Source: Macrostomum lignano
Taxonomy: Eukaryota
Direction: 5' to 3'
Length of the DNA stretch: 64,000 nt
Assembly: GCA_002269645.1 (NCBI GenBank)
Contig: NIVC01002895.1
Coordinates: 1-64,000 of the forward strand
Positions 1-11,993 of the stretch are shown here, piece after piece. The position numbers and the translations under genes are program-made. The first letter of the stretch is position 1. Every line of letters starts with the position of its first letter. The notes below the pieces were generated by a model. It was not told where the DNA came from. It worked only from the letters and a program-made list of their open reading frames with translations, and made no database searches.

Positions 1-194
1 GTGGGCAAATGACTCAATAGAAACTATAGTTTGTATAGTTTGTTAACTCTATATGGGCTTCGATTAATGAACGATGAATAAATATATAGTGAATTTTAAA
101 TTATTATTATTATAAGCTGGATATTATTCATGTTAAATTATTCAAACAAACCGTCACAAGCCAGCAGATAACTATTATAAAACTATATTATTTT

Positions 195-721
195 TGTTAC
201 CCACGCGCAAGAGATAGGGATCCGGCGGTGCGAGGGGCGAATTGTATGATATAAATAAATATTAAAGGTCAACTGATTACTAGTTGACTATCAATTATCA
301 AATGGTCCAACTATAAGCAAAGATTCAATTCGTAAGAGCAAAAAAGGGGGGTTGGACAAAAAGCGAAAACGCAAACGCCAATGCATGAGAAGAAAAATGG
401 TGAAACACGCAAGATATTTATACAATATGCACAGTTAATCCCAGGGGGTGGGGCACCAGATGGAGCAGCAGCAGGTGGGTCACCCGGCGGAGAAAAAGAG
501 AAAAAACCGGCGGCTGGGTTAACGCACAAACAAAACAAAAGATGGGGGCACGAATGAGACAAACAGATGGGACAACGGAAGGGACAACAGGGGAAACGGG
601 AGAAAACAGGCAATGGGCCAAACGGGGGAACAAAATGACATCAAGCGTCAGCGATGGGAAAACATTTCCGTCAGAGTCACGTCTCCCGTTTATCCTCACA
701 GTGAAAGACCGGCCTACCACA
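195..721 (-). mobile_element. Possible degenerate LTR-like block
   Basis: TG...CA boundaries (TGTTAC at 195, CCACA at 721). On the minus strand, a pyrimidine-rich tract is followed by GTATAAATA, a layout like the solo LTR at 21429-22492. No TSD found. Confidence 0.3.
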
Positions 722-741
722 AATTGATTAAAAATGATATC

Positions 742-1547
742 TGTAGTGAGGTTTCTGTGTGCTGTGTGAGCTTAATTTCACAGCGGGGAACCTTACCACG
801 AGTCCACGACTGTCGTTACTGGCAGTGGCAGGTACAGCGTGCCGTCAGCATTTAGGTTTGGAGCAGTTTGATGAAGGAAAGTGTTGTATCCCTGCAGCCC
901 CCGGCCCGGCAGTAGGGTGGTCCTACAGGGTACAGTATCGGTACAAGCGATCCTTGCTTAGCCTGCGCGCGGGCGCTAGGGCGAGCACTTTCCTTGACAG
1001 TCTGCGGGGCGTCAGGACGCACCCACGCAGCCTTACCACGCGTCGGGACGCAGTGGTGCGGGCCGCCTTCAGCGAGGCGTCGGGACGCACTGGCTGGCGT
1101 AAAGGCGTAGGTACGTACGGTAGGTACCCTTCTGACGTCTCCCTCTAATCGAGCTGAGTTGGCATCAGGACACACGGACTCTCTGTGTCCCCTAGGCAAC
1201 CGAAAGAAGGAAGGCAGAATGTGCACTTACTCAGCTAGCGGCGGTCGCTCAGGGCCGGTGCAGGTAGGTGGCCTTTCCGATATATTTCTTTTCAGGTCGT
1301 ACGATCGTAATTTTGGTGGCTGTATAGCGCTGACGGAATGCAGAGTTCTAAGAGGGGATAGCCGAGCCGCGCACCGCTCCAACCTGCGCGAGCGATGCTA
1401 AATAGCACACACCCCGGAGGGGGGAGGGCCACGCGCTCTCTAACCCACCACCCACCAACCCCCAGCCAACCCCCCCCCCGGGACGGCAGCACCAAGCCCG
1501 CCGCCGGCTCAGCTAGGCTAGGTGCACTAGCACTGTAAAAGTGCACA
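742..1547. mobile_element. Possible degenerate LTR-like block
   Basis: Begins TGTAGTGAG, the same 9-mer as the reverse complement of the solo-LTR end at 22484-22492. GC-rich, ends near GTGCACA. No TSD and no protein homology recognised. Confidence 0.3.
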
Positions 1548-2927
1548 GCACAACAAAAGCGTGGAGAGACTCGATAGACATAGGTTTTCTCTTTACTTAA
1601 AGTAAAGTGTTTACTGGATTAATTTAAATTTGAAGTTAGAGTGTCATGGCAATAGTTTTTTAAGGCCTCCTCAAGTATCAAACGAAGTTCTTTTCTGACT
1701 AAGTTCTAGTTTTTAAACTATCACCTAAGGTTTTAAAAAATTTGATATTTTCATAGGCCTATTTTTTGTTGAAAATATTTCCTTGGAAAATTTCCAAGGT
1801 GATGCCAGGAATAAACCCAGGCGATAAATTATTTCGTTAATTTTATTTCTTAGTTCAGCCAATATGTACAGACAAACGTAACATCGACTTGTTTCTGTCC
1901 AGCCGCCTTATCTTTTTATGCGTGTAAATGCCATAAAATGTACGCTAGAAAAATTGAGTTCGATTTTGTATTTAGAAAACTCGCCTAATTACATCAATGA
2001 AGAAAAGTAAATTAACCGCATTTTTATTAGTATCTCGATCGTGCTTTAACATTTTATCGGCAATGCTGTATTGGCCGATATGAATACAAAACTTTTGTAT
2101 TCATATTCGTATATCCCAACGCTGATTTTGTAATTCTTCAGTTTAATGATCAGGACGTCAATCTTCGACCAAAATATCAGCGCCTGCTCTGCCACGACTT
2201 AGTGAAATACCACGAGCAGACTCAGACAGATCTGGCCGAGTGGCTGGCCAAATTAATGCTTCGCTATCCGGATTTGAATGTAGACTCTGTGAACCGCTAG
2301 ACGCCGAAAGCTATCCGCCGTGTCTTCGCAAGGATCGAGTTCCGGTTACGGCTCCGCTTAGCGACGGCCGGGATAACGATAATTCACCATCGTCGTTGCA
2401 AAGCTTCGTTCCAAAAGCTACCATGAATTTTTTTCGTTCGCGGTATTATTATCAGGCTTTAGGGACAGTCGTTTATACATATTTTACGATGGCAGTTGCT
2501 GCAGTCCTTACATTGTCGCAGGGAGATGCTAAACACATTTTACAACTCCCGTAGATCTCGCTTAATTGTCGCGTTTTTATTACTTATCTACATCGGATCA
2601 TATGCGGTTCTATAAAACTCGCCTCGAAATGGCATACTTTACATATGCACTATTTTCCTCGGCTTCGCGCATTCTTCCTACTGATAAAGTAGACTGTCGC
2701 GCATAGTTGCGTGTTTTTTGTTCATGGATGCAAGAAAGTTTTTAATTGCTTCTTTATAACTTAGTGTGTTTTACTTCTCTTCTAGTCTAACCCGTCTTTT
2801 TAGGCTTCTTTTATCAACGAACCCACTCACTTCTTGCGCGAATCTTCCAACTATTATAACGGTACAACTACTCGTGTAAATGGACACAAAAAATTACACT
2901 CGCAGTTGTGTTTTGAGCTTTCGCCTT

Positions 2928-3290
2928 TTTTATTAAAGGCAGGGGGGTTGTGGGCACCCTGGCGCACTTTAAGCGACAGGCACACAACCGGCGAGAGGAA
3001 TTACTGCCCATTCCGCCGACTCCCCTGAGCAGGCATACAAGCGCGCGGATACGTACGCAGGCACACACTCACACAGGAGTGTACAGCGGCCCTAACTTTA
3101 TATTATCGTTAGGCATGTACACTTCACTGCGCCTTGGGGGGGGGGGGTTGGCTCTCAAGGCCGTTAATTGCACGAGCAGAGCCAAGCCGAGATTCCAATT
3201 CAGCCCCAAATTAATGTGACTGCACTTGGAATCGAGCCTGGGTCGCTGGCACACCAGAGCCTGTGCTAGACCGCTGGGCTACGGCCCCCC
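2928..3290 (-). mobile_element. tRNA-derived SINE, young copy with 15-bp TSD
   Basis: Minus-strand head GGGGGGCCGTAGCCCAGCGG (A box) ... GGCTCGATTCC (B box) and A-rich tail. Flanked by direct repeat TTGAGCTTTCGCCTT at 2913-2927 and 3291-3305. Second copy at 23975-24367. Confidence 0.9.
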
Positions 3291-3354
3291 TTGAGCTTTC
3301 GCCTTATTTCTATTCTATTATTTTCTATTTCACCGCACAATTCCGCTTATTAAC

Positions 3355-3662
3355 TCCCGCATAGCAAAATTACGTATCCAATAGAAAGTGGGACGTCTCC
3401 GATACGCAACTTTTTTGGTTGCAGGAACGTCCTTGATACGTATCCAATTTTATGATCCTCTAAAGAAGCTCGTTTCTACAAAAATGGTGAACAGATAATG
3501 CTTGTAATTTTATTGATGATTTATTCCACTATTTTTGTAGAAACGAGCTTCTTTAGAGGATCATAAAAATTGGATACGTATCAAGGACGTTCCTGCAACC
3601 AAAAAAGTTGCGTATCGGAGACGTCCCACTTTCTATTGGATACGTAATTTTGCTATGCGGGA
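3355..3662. mobile_element. Foldback MITE (about 130-bp near-perfect arms, about 45-bp spacer)
   Basis: TCCCGCATAGCAAAATTACGTATCC... is mirrored by ...GGATACGTAATTTTGCTATGCGGGA. No coding capacity; TSD unclear. Confidence 0.8.
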
Positions 3663-3917
3663 CTATACACATCAAACATTGATTCATTTCAGTTTTACAT
3701 TGTTTTGTAAAACTGATTTTCCTCTGCTACAGCTATTTTTTACTTCAACCTGCTTTGCTAGTTAACATTTTTCTACTTTGTACTATTTTTTGGCTTAAGC
3801 ACTTTATGATACTGCAGTTGGCTCACGATACCTTGGTTTTAGTTGCAGCATTGTCCGCTCGCCTCATTAAGGCTTCATGGCCGGCTTGTTCATCAATCTC
3901 AGAATATGACAGCACAG

Positions 3918-5899
3918 TGTGACGGGGGACTTGTGGAAAACTTCATTGTTTTACTATCGTTTTTACTATCAGTAGACTACTACGTAAGTGTATCATATTT
4001 TGTATGAATTCTGTGTACGAGTACATTCATTGAATCGGCTTTTATATGTCAGCAAGTGATGAATTTTTAACAAATCAATAATTTGCCCAGCGCCCATCGT
4101 AACTCTCAGCCAATTACAATTCGCTGTATCATCTATCGTTTTATATTAACTGTTCGTTTTTCGTCGCTACTCAAAAACAAATAAAAAACTTGGCCAACTA
4201 AGCAAGCAAAATATATCAATTCAATTGAATATTGGACTGCGCTATGCTTGCATTTTTCTTCGGTCTTGTTCGGTCTTGTTCTGCCAAGGACTGCCAGATT
4301 AAATTCGTCACATTTTAATGGAGGGTCCCACCTCGAGATTCGAACCCTGGGTCGAGACGTGCTACTGCTACACAACTTTCCGATCGGAGGAGGAAGGAGA
4401 GATTGAGGCTGAGCGCAGCGACAATACCCAATTCAGCGCGTTCCTCCCAGTCGTCATTCCCCTATGGATCATTTGTGCATCTTGAGAATCTAAGTAATGC
4501 CATAAATTCAGTCCGCCATCGTATCGCTCGACTCGTATTCTGCATCACCGCAGCAAGTGGCTGTGGCCTCAAAAGGGCAGTTTTACATGACGTTACACCT
4601 CGCCTGCCTGCGAAACTCACCATATCATCTCTATTCGGCGGCTTAGGCGATCATTCAACATTCAACATTCTACATATTCGTACGTCGTTTCGTCGGTACC
4701 CACACGACGTGGCCAGCTCCGACCAACTGCGACCTAAAAGGGCCGTTTCAGTCCATTCAACTGTACCGGCTACCCCATTCAGACCAGCTTACCGTCCCGT
4801 CAACTGAAAATCTGCAACAGCTGCTCTAAACCAAGGTTGATATTTTGCATGTAAAAATGTAAATGCTTCAAATAATTATTGCTTGCACTGTGAAACTAAT
4901 GTTTTTAATCCAATATCAAAATACATGTACGCATGTATTGTTATAATTCAGTGAGTTTCATCATTTTCGCCTTTCATATACATGTCCCTGTCATCTTGTG
5001 CTATTAAAATGTTTTTTCTGTTCCATCTTTTGCTTCTGTCTCCTGTCGATCTAGTTTCCTTTTCCCCAGCAACGGGCCCGTGAGCCGTACCATTTTTTGC
5101 TGCGCGGTCCTCGTCAGCCGGGCGCCCTTGGCGTCGTTCAGAGTTCGTTGCGACCTTCTTTGTGCCTGTCCTTCTCTGCACCTCTGCGTGCGTTGGCTGG
5201 GAGGCATCTGCGACCCACTGGGGTCGCGCCCGTGCGGTCCATCGGGACCGGCCCAGCGGTGAGCCGTCTGTTGGCTGGCGCATTCGGCGCGTTGTCTGCT
5301 CTGCATTCTGCAGCGTGATGCTATTCGTGCACTAGTCGTCTCTACTTTTCTTCTCGCGTGCTGTCGCGCTCTCTTGTGTGCTTACTAAAAATGTTCCTCA
5401 GCTCATTTCGTAATCATTGTCTGCATTTTCACTTATGTTATTCAAATTAATATTGACTACATGTATTAGAGTGCAAATATCTTTTCTTTTAGAGGAAGGC
5501 GAGTGTGACGGGGGACTTGTGGAAAACTTCATTGTTTTACTATCGTTTTTACTATCAGTAGACTACTACGTAAGTGTATCATATTTTGTATGAATTCTGT
5601 GTACGAGTACATTCATTGAATCGGCTTTTATATGTCAGCAAGTGATGAATTTTTAACAAATCAATAATTTGCCCAGCGCCCATCGTAACTCTCAGCCAAT
5701 TACAATTCGCTGTATCATCTATCGTTTTATATTAACTGTTCGTTTTTCGTCGCTACTCAAAAAACAAATAAAAAACTTGGCCAACTAAGCAAGCAAAATA
5801 TATCAATTCAATTGAATATTGGACTGCGCTATGCTTGCATTTTTCTTCGGTCTTGTTCGGTCTTGTTCTGCCAAGGACTGCCAGATTAAATTCGTCACA
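3918..5899 (+). mobile_element. Non-autonomous LTR retroelement (TRIM/LARD-like), intact structure
   Basis: LTRs at 3918-4312 and 5504-5899 (TGTGACG...CGTCACA), identical except for one extra A as seen by eye. 4-bp TSD ACAG (3914-3917, 5900-5903). PBS TGGAGGGTCCCACC at 4319; polypurine tract AGAGGAAGGCGAG at 5491-5503. No gag/pol ORF in the 1.19-kb interior. Confidence 0.95.
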
Positions 5900-7082
5900 A
5901 CAGCTTTCACTTGTATTTTTACTTTTGACGTCCTGTTTGAAAATTTTTAATCTGACAGGTGACTCTGGCGGAAGTGCATGTTAGTTTATTTCCCTTGTAA
6001 ACTGATATATTTTTCTTAACGAACGCTTTCAAAGTCATTTCTAGCTAGTACGCAGTTTTTTGTGGCAAAAGTATTAATTATTTTGACAGTTTTTCGATCC
6101 AATCGCTATCGCTTGGGAACAAGTTATTGTATCTCATCAATTACTGGCAGAAGTACTTCTTAGTGAAAGTCAAAGACTATTTCTGAATTATTTACAATTC
6201 TTGCATAATTTGTTGCTTAAATGTTTCGGAGGGCTTCATAATACTGGCTTTTCTTAACGCCAAAACAAGTGAGCACCGAAAAATTGAAAAGTTGAAAATC
6301 CCAATTCAATCCCAATATTTGCCATTACAAAATTGCTGCTTGGATTTTGCTTGTCATGAAACTGCGTTTGGCCAATCCCAAAGCACGGTGCAAAAATTCA
6401 TGGAACAAAACTGTCAGTTAGGACAAACTAAGATTTCGTGTGCGCCCCATTTTCGATTATAATGAGGTATTTGCAGTTTTTAATTGGCATTTCGAACCCA
6501 GTATCTGGTTTGGAAATCACAAATTCACCTGCCAGTTTATTGGTCACCCGAAGGCCCCGAAGGCACAGTTATTCCAAGCCCTGGACTTCACTATCTTGGC
6601 CAGGTGCTCGTGCGTGTTGCCATCCTCCCCGGAGCCCTGCACGCACGACTTTAAGACGTCAATGCGTTACAAAGCTAATGTAAGTCTAATGTACTTCTAA
6701 TCTACTCTAAGGATCAGTAAAGTATTGCACACGAAGTCTTTTTCGCATAATTTGGTCCAGGTGATTAAGAGTAAGCTGAATATTTGAGAAGTACGTTATA
6801 ACTGATTCTAAAAAACACACTCGAGGGGTTGGGCTGTCTTTGCTGCAACCGTTAGAATTCCTCTCTCATGCTGACCGATCTACTTCCTGAAAATACCTCG
6901 CGTGGAGCCTCTATGTTCTCTCCCCACATCTAAACTCCGTAAAAGCTGCAGAGCATTGATAAATACAAACACAGTCCGCTGAGTGTAGGAAACACATTCC
7001 ATAAATAATGAGACCACAGTCCAGGAAGAACGATTGTATTGACTGGCACAAGTAAAACAAATTGCTACAGCACACAGTCAGG

Positions 7083-7860
7083 TCAGTTGATGTAGCAGCA
7101 CTGGACCTCGATCGCATTGAGGGCCGTGTCGTCACGCCTGCCGCCTTGCGAGCCCTCGACCTTGGTGCGCAGGGCGCAGATGAAGCTGTTGTGAGGGCAG
7201 TACTGGGCGTCGGTCCAGCTGCCCCAGTCCAGGCCGCCACCATCCTGCCAGTTGCCGTCGCACAGCAGACGGACATTGTTGCCAGCCGTGTCGTCACCAC
7301 CGCCCTGAGACGACTCCGAGCGGAACTGGATACCTGAGTAAAACTTGCTGCAGTGCAAGGATTCGCGCCAGTTGCCCCAGCTGCCAGCTGCACTTTCCAG
7401 CGAGTGGCTTCCCCAGCTACCGTCATGTGAGCAGAACATCTTCACAGAGTTCAGGGCCGTGTCGTCACCGTTGCCCTGCTTGTCCTCCACCTTCAGCTGG
7501 AACCTGAAAGGATTGATGCATTTGTGACGGATCGCTGACTGTCGTCCTTGATGGGACATGCGGCTGTGACAACTCTACGTGTGATGCAGCTGACTTGCAA
7601 GCCTCACCTGCTAACTAACGATCCGTCAGGACAGCTTTCCCAGTTGCCCCAGTCTCCCCAGTCAGTTTTCGCTTCCGGTGTTAAGGTGGCTGCCCACCGA
7701 TTGGCTGCAATGGGAAATGCACGTGTGCGGGTTGACTTTGGACATCCCAACAGCTGCGAATGAGGAAATTGACCTCAGCAGACAAGCTCTCACCTGTGAC
7801 GCTGTTGCAGCTCATGAGCAGCAGTGCGGGCAGCAGCAGAGTAGGCAGTAGCAGTTTCAT
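7083..7860 (-). CDS. VMO1: Vitelline membrane outer layer protein 1 (VOMI/VMO1) homolog, copy 1; exons 7860-7794, 7704-7608, 7503-7083
   Basis: Signal peptide MKLLLPTLLLPALLLMSC. GT-AG introns join in frame. Three GDDTA(L/G)N and G.WG.W repeats typical of the VOMI beta-prism family. Confidence 0.92.
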
Positions 7861-7949
7861 GCTCTCCGGTCTTACAGTGCAAGATGGTGTACTCAATATT
7901 GCAGCTGAGATGGTCAGTTCGATGGAACAGCTAGTGCCTGCACTCCTGC

Positions 7950-7956
7950 TTATATA
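7950..7956 (-). promoter_or_regulatory. TATA box of VMO1 copy 1
   Basis: TATATAA about 90 bp upstream of the ATG on the minus strand. Confidence 0.6.
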
Positions 7957-9035
7957 AGCCAGCTGTGAGCAGCACTCAATGCCATCGGTGTCAAAGCTCT
8001 CCAACGTGCCCTGCAAGGACAGGTGGACTGCCGTGACTCTTACAGGCCCGCACGTGACAGAGGTAAGTTTCTTATTGATCGAAGCGATCATTATCATTTC
8101 TTGTTGCGCAATGTTGTTTGCTGTTCGATTTGAATAGCGAATAATTGGCTAGCTTTTGCTGTGCAGGTACTCCGGAATGCATCTGCTTGGTTAGCTAATT
8201 ATACTCCAGTCGAAATCCCCAAAAACTGGAAAGTCTGCCGGCGACTTTAGTAATATTCATGGATTTCAAATGAAACAGTGCATTATTTGCTTTGCTGTCG
8301 GGATCAAAATAAGAAAACAGAAATACAGCTAACTATTAGTAGTAGAGGAGAACACAACTCTGCCGCAGGGAAAGCCACGGAAATTCCGTGGGCCCGGATC
8401 AGAAGGGCGCCTATGTGTTTGCATAGCTCAACTCTGCCGCAGGCAAAGCCATGGGAATTCCGTAGACTCCTAATGAGAGTACATGGGCGCCTCATGGGGG
8501 AATCCACAAGTATGCACAGAGCCGAGCTAGGGGAATCTCTAGAAATTGTGTTGAACGATTGGCAAATATCAGCGGTATTTTATTGTATTCAGTATTATAC
8601 TAATACTTTAATATATAATTTTATCGGTAATAAAAAACTTCTGTAAACAAAAAAGTGGTAGCCAAGCCTCTCTCTCCCGCTGTCTGGGAGCTGGTGCATG
8701 GCGGCGGCGGCTTTGTTGCTGAAAGGAGAGAGTGCTCAGTTATCAGTTTTATTGCCACCCTCGACTGGGTGGGGTAAAGTTGGCGGCGTATTCAAAAGAA
8801 TTTAGCGGGGCGTGCGGGAATTTAACGAGGGCTCAATACCTGAATGCGCTGATGAAATCATTATGGACATTGGGTGGCTGACTGTAAACATAGCAAAGCT
8901 GAAAACATAGCGGCTATGTTTTTATTACCACAGATTTGGTTGAAGTGAGTATATAAGAGGCTAAATATGTGCATATGAGAAGTTTAAATTTAAATTTTAT
9001 TTTAAACTAAATTTCTCATAGATAAATTTTAAATA

Positions 9036-10197
9036 ATGAATCAATCTCGGTGTCCATCCTACGTGCACGAGGTGTGCATCAGCTGCAATTCCTGTGAGCT
9101 CGGTGGGTTAAAGCTCCATAACAAAAAAGACAGCTGCATTATAAGTCGCTGGTTGCTTTGCCACGAGTGCCAGACAACTGAGCTGTTCAATGTGCGCCGC
9201 CAAGTTCGGGCCCATAAAAATCACACCATCATTAATTGGAGCTCGCCTGATAGCATCGAACGAGCCCGCTTTACTGTACTGGAGGCCGCCCACCGCCAGG
9301 AGCAACTCAACATGATCGAGCGTCATCGAGCCCCGGTCAGCACCCTGAGCCAGACGATTCAAGGTGTGCGAAATCAATCTGCAATAATTTCAACTACATG
9401 TACTAATTTTGATTTGATTTCCGCTGCACTTGCTGCTGCAGATCAGCATCCAGCTGATGTTGCCAGACTTCCTGGACCTGCCAGCGTCGACTATCCAGCT
9501 GCTGCTCCTGGACCTGCTGGCATCGACCATCAAGCTGCCAGCGTTGACTATCCAGCTGCTGCTCCTGGACCTGCTGGCATCGACCATCAAGCTGCCAGCG
9601 TCGACTATCCAGCTGCTGCTCCTGGACCTGCTGGCATCGACCATCAAGCTGCCAGCGTCGACTATCCAGCTGCTGCTCCTGGACCTGCTGGCATCGACCA
9701 TCAAGCTGCCAGCGTTGACGTTCCAGCGGCTGGTGCTCTCAGTCTTTAGACACCGGTAAATCGCTATGACGATGATGCTGCTGCCGCTGATTTTGTTGCT
9801 CCGCCAGAATTGGACACGGCTTTCTTTGAAGAGCACGAGTTGGAGCCGGAGGAGACGAACGAAAAAGCCACGGTCGAGCAGCAGCCACCGCACAGGGCTG
9901 TTCCAGTCGCTGGAAAAAATATGGCTGGAATGATGGCGGATGCCAGCCTGTCTGATCTCCTACGAGATTTCGAACCTCATGCTACCCCACCGGTGGTACC
10001 AGAGTTTCAACAATCAGCAGGAGTCGAACCTCATGCATGCTACCCCACCGGTGGTTCAACAATCAGCAGGAGTCCAAGCCGCTGAACCGATGGCTGCACC
10101 GTCAGTTTGCCTTCAATTCGTCCTACCGAGTAGCGTTGTGGGCGAGTACTCAATTGACTTTGGAGGGGGGATCCGTATTCGCTTGAGTAACTCTTAA
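9036..10197 (+). pseudogene. Disrupted ORF of unknown function (Cys/His-rich N-terminus, A/P/D-rich repeats)
   Basis: ORFs 9036-9749 and 9810-10085 are in the same frame, separated by a single TAG (9747-9749). A 4-bp CATG duplication near 10030 shifts reading into the frame of ORF 9940-10197. HEVCISC...CHEC resembles half a RING motif (weak). Confidence 0.45.
9480..9725 (+). repeat. 57-bp in-frame tandem repeat, about 4 copies (ASVDYPAAAPGPAGIDHQA)
   Basis: Direct inspection; period 57 (9481 to 9538). Confidence 0.95.
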
Positions 10198-11167
10198 TTT
10201 GCTTTAGCCTGGAGTATTTTGTTGGCAAGGGAAACGAATTTTTAGCGCACACAAAAGTTCTACAAAAATGAGTGGACTTTTGATAAGGGGAGGAGCTCTA
10301 AAAAAGTTAAAAACTGCTTAAATTAAATTAATATTTTCAGTGCATGTTACCTGTGATTTATCTCGTTGGGCTGGGCTAAGCAGTTTATCAAGCTGGAGGC
10401 TCTTTGATAGCATTGTTTTCATATTTAGTTATTAGGAGAGCAAGAATGTACATGGTAGCTTATAATGAATTATACTGCTTTCTATGCAGAAAGTTTGTAA
10501 TTTAATGCTAAATAAAAGTTTCTTCTTCTAAATTATTTTCTTGCTACAAAGCCGTTTATCCCAAATACACGTTGTTTTTGCATTGTTTTTTCTCATGATA
10601 AGCATTGAATTAATTTTAGAAAAAAACGCAGACTAGACAGAAAAAAAGAAAATCAACTCGTATCGGTGGATTTGATGCTAAAAGCTATCGCATCATGGCA
10701 ACCTATTCGCATTACTCGACTATTAGTTTTGATTTTGAGGTTTTTACTATCAGCGGGCTGCTTTTCTATAGCTTGGTGCTCGTTGTTAAGTCTCAATATC
10801 ACGAATAGAATAAGAGCATCTTAACTAGATTCGATCTCTACTTTGCATTTTTCTTAATTATTCCTTTTTAAGCTAAGCATTGCCATTGGCCTTAAAATTG
10901 ATCAATTCGAAGCTGGAAGCAGACAAATCTGCATCAGCATTGCCTGGCAGCCGGCAGTCGCAACATGCAGGATCCTACAACATGTTCTAGGCGAAGAGCA
11001 GGTGAAGGGACAGGTGAGTTTTGCCACTCTGTTAATGTAAAAAATCAATTATTTTCTTACCAATATTTGAAGTGGAAAAATTTTAAACCTGGAGAAATGT
11101 GTAACTAGTTCAGTTTTAATTAATACGTAATAACATCCGCCCACCCCTAGTCCGTACACCAACACTG

Positions 11168-11410
11168 ACTCTGCACACCCCCGCCCTCGACTCTGCACAC
11201 CCCCTCCTCGACTCTGCACACCTCCCTCCTCGCCTCCGCACACCCCTCCTCGACTCTGCACATCCCTTCCTCGACTCCGCACACCCCCACCTCGACTCTG
11301 CACACCCCACCTCGACTCCGCACACCCCCACCTCGACTCTGCACACCCCACCTCGACTCCGCACACCCCACCTCGACTCTGGACACCCCACCTCGACTCC
11401 GCACACCTCT
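11168..11410. repeat. C-rich minisatellite, 21-23-bp unit (CACCTCGACTCTGCACACCCC)
   Basis: Direct inspection; explains spurious ORFs at 11049-11511. Confidence 0.9.
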
Positions 11411-11736
11411 GCACACCTATATCGATTGTATACATCCAAAAACACCCTCCTCGATTCTGCATACAGACATCGATTATTATGAATAGCTAATTGTGCTTGA
11501 TTTATAAGCAATCATGAGATTCTCAGTTTATGTTTCTCGATTTTCACTATCTTATCTCTCGATTTTATTTTTAGGGTCTTCATGTGTTATCTCCTTGGTG
11601 AACAGTGCCCACGATGATGTACTGCAGATTCATCGCTTCACCCCAACAGCTGACATGACTGCGGTTTGCGCTAGGCTTGCCTTGAGCAAACCGGCTTTAG
11701 TGCCCAAGCGCGCTGCGTCTGTGGTGCGCCCCCCCC

Positions 11737-11836
11737 CCGCCGCGTGTGTACGTTCTGTGTTGTTTAGGTGGGCGCCCACCCCTCCGCCGCGTGTGTACGT
11801 TCTGTGTTGTTTAGGTGGGCGCCCACCCCTCCGCCG
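11737..11836. repeat. Two 47-bp tandem units, each containing the perfect palindrome GGTGGGCGCCCACC
   Basis: Direct inspection; immediately upstream of the polB region. Confidence 0.85.
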
Positions 11837-11993
11837 GCGGGGGGTATTTTACTCCAGCCGCGCTGCTGAGTTGGCAGTGTTTTCGCGCAGTTCTTTTTTC
11901 TTCTTCTTTTATCCTTATTCTTTTAATCATTAAAATATAAATAAAGAGGCCTCGTTACTGCTTTCGCTTTCGCCAACATCGCGTATTTGTGTT

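Larger units (their letters stand above)
6993..8411. repeat. Left arm of large inverted repeat (partner 16988-18408)
   Basis: Reverse complement of 16988-18408. Positions sum to 25401 over most of the arm (25399 inside a 2-bp indel). About 4 differences seen by eye. Confidence 0.97.

Noticed and set aside
2240-2554. 104-aa ORF with a hydrophobic stretch
   Set aside because: GTG start, no recognisable domain, followed by stops; cannot be supported as a gene.
3832-5951. Possible minus-strand exon (KAVLSYSEIDEQAGHEALMRRADNAA) interrupted by the LTR element
   Set aside because: The rejoined frame is short, has an in-frame TAA next to the obvious acceptor, and matches no family I recognise.
6560-6660. 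Minus-strand exon-like stretch (KSRAWNNCAFGAFG*)
   Set aside because: No recognisable family and no linkable upstream exons.
6911-8097. Overlapping ORFs around VMO1 (mirrored at 17304-18418)
   Set aside because: Shadow frames or intron/UTR read-through; the spliced VMO1 model explains the region.
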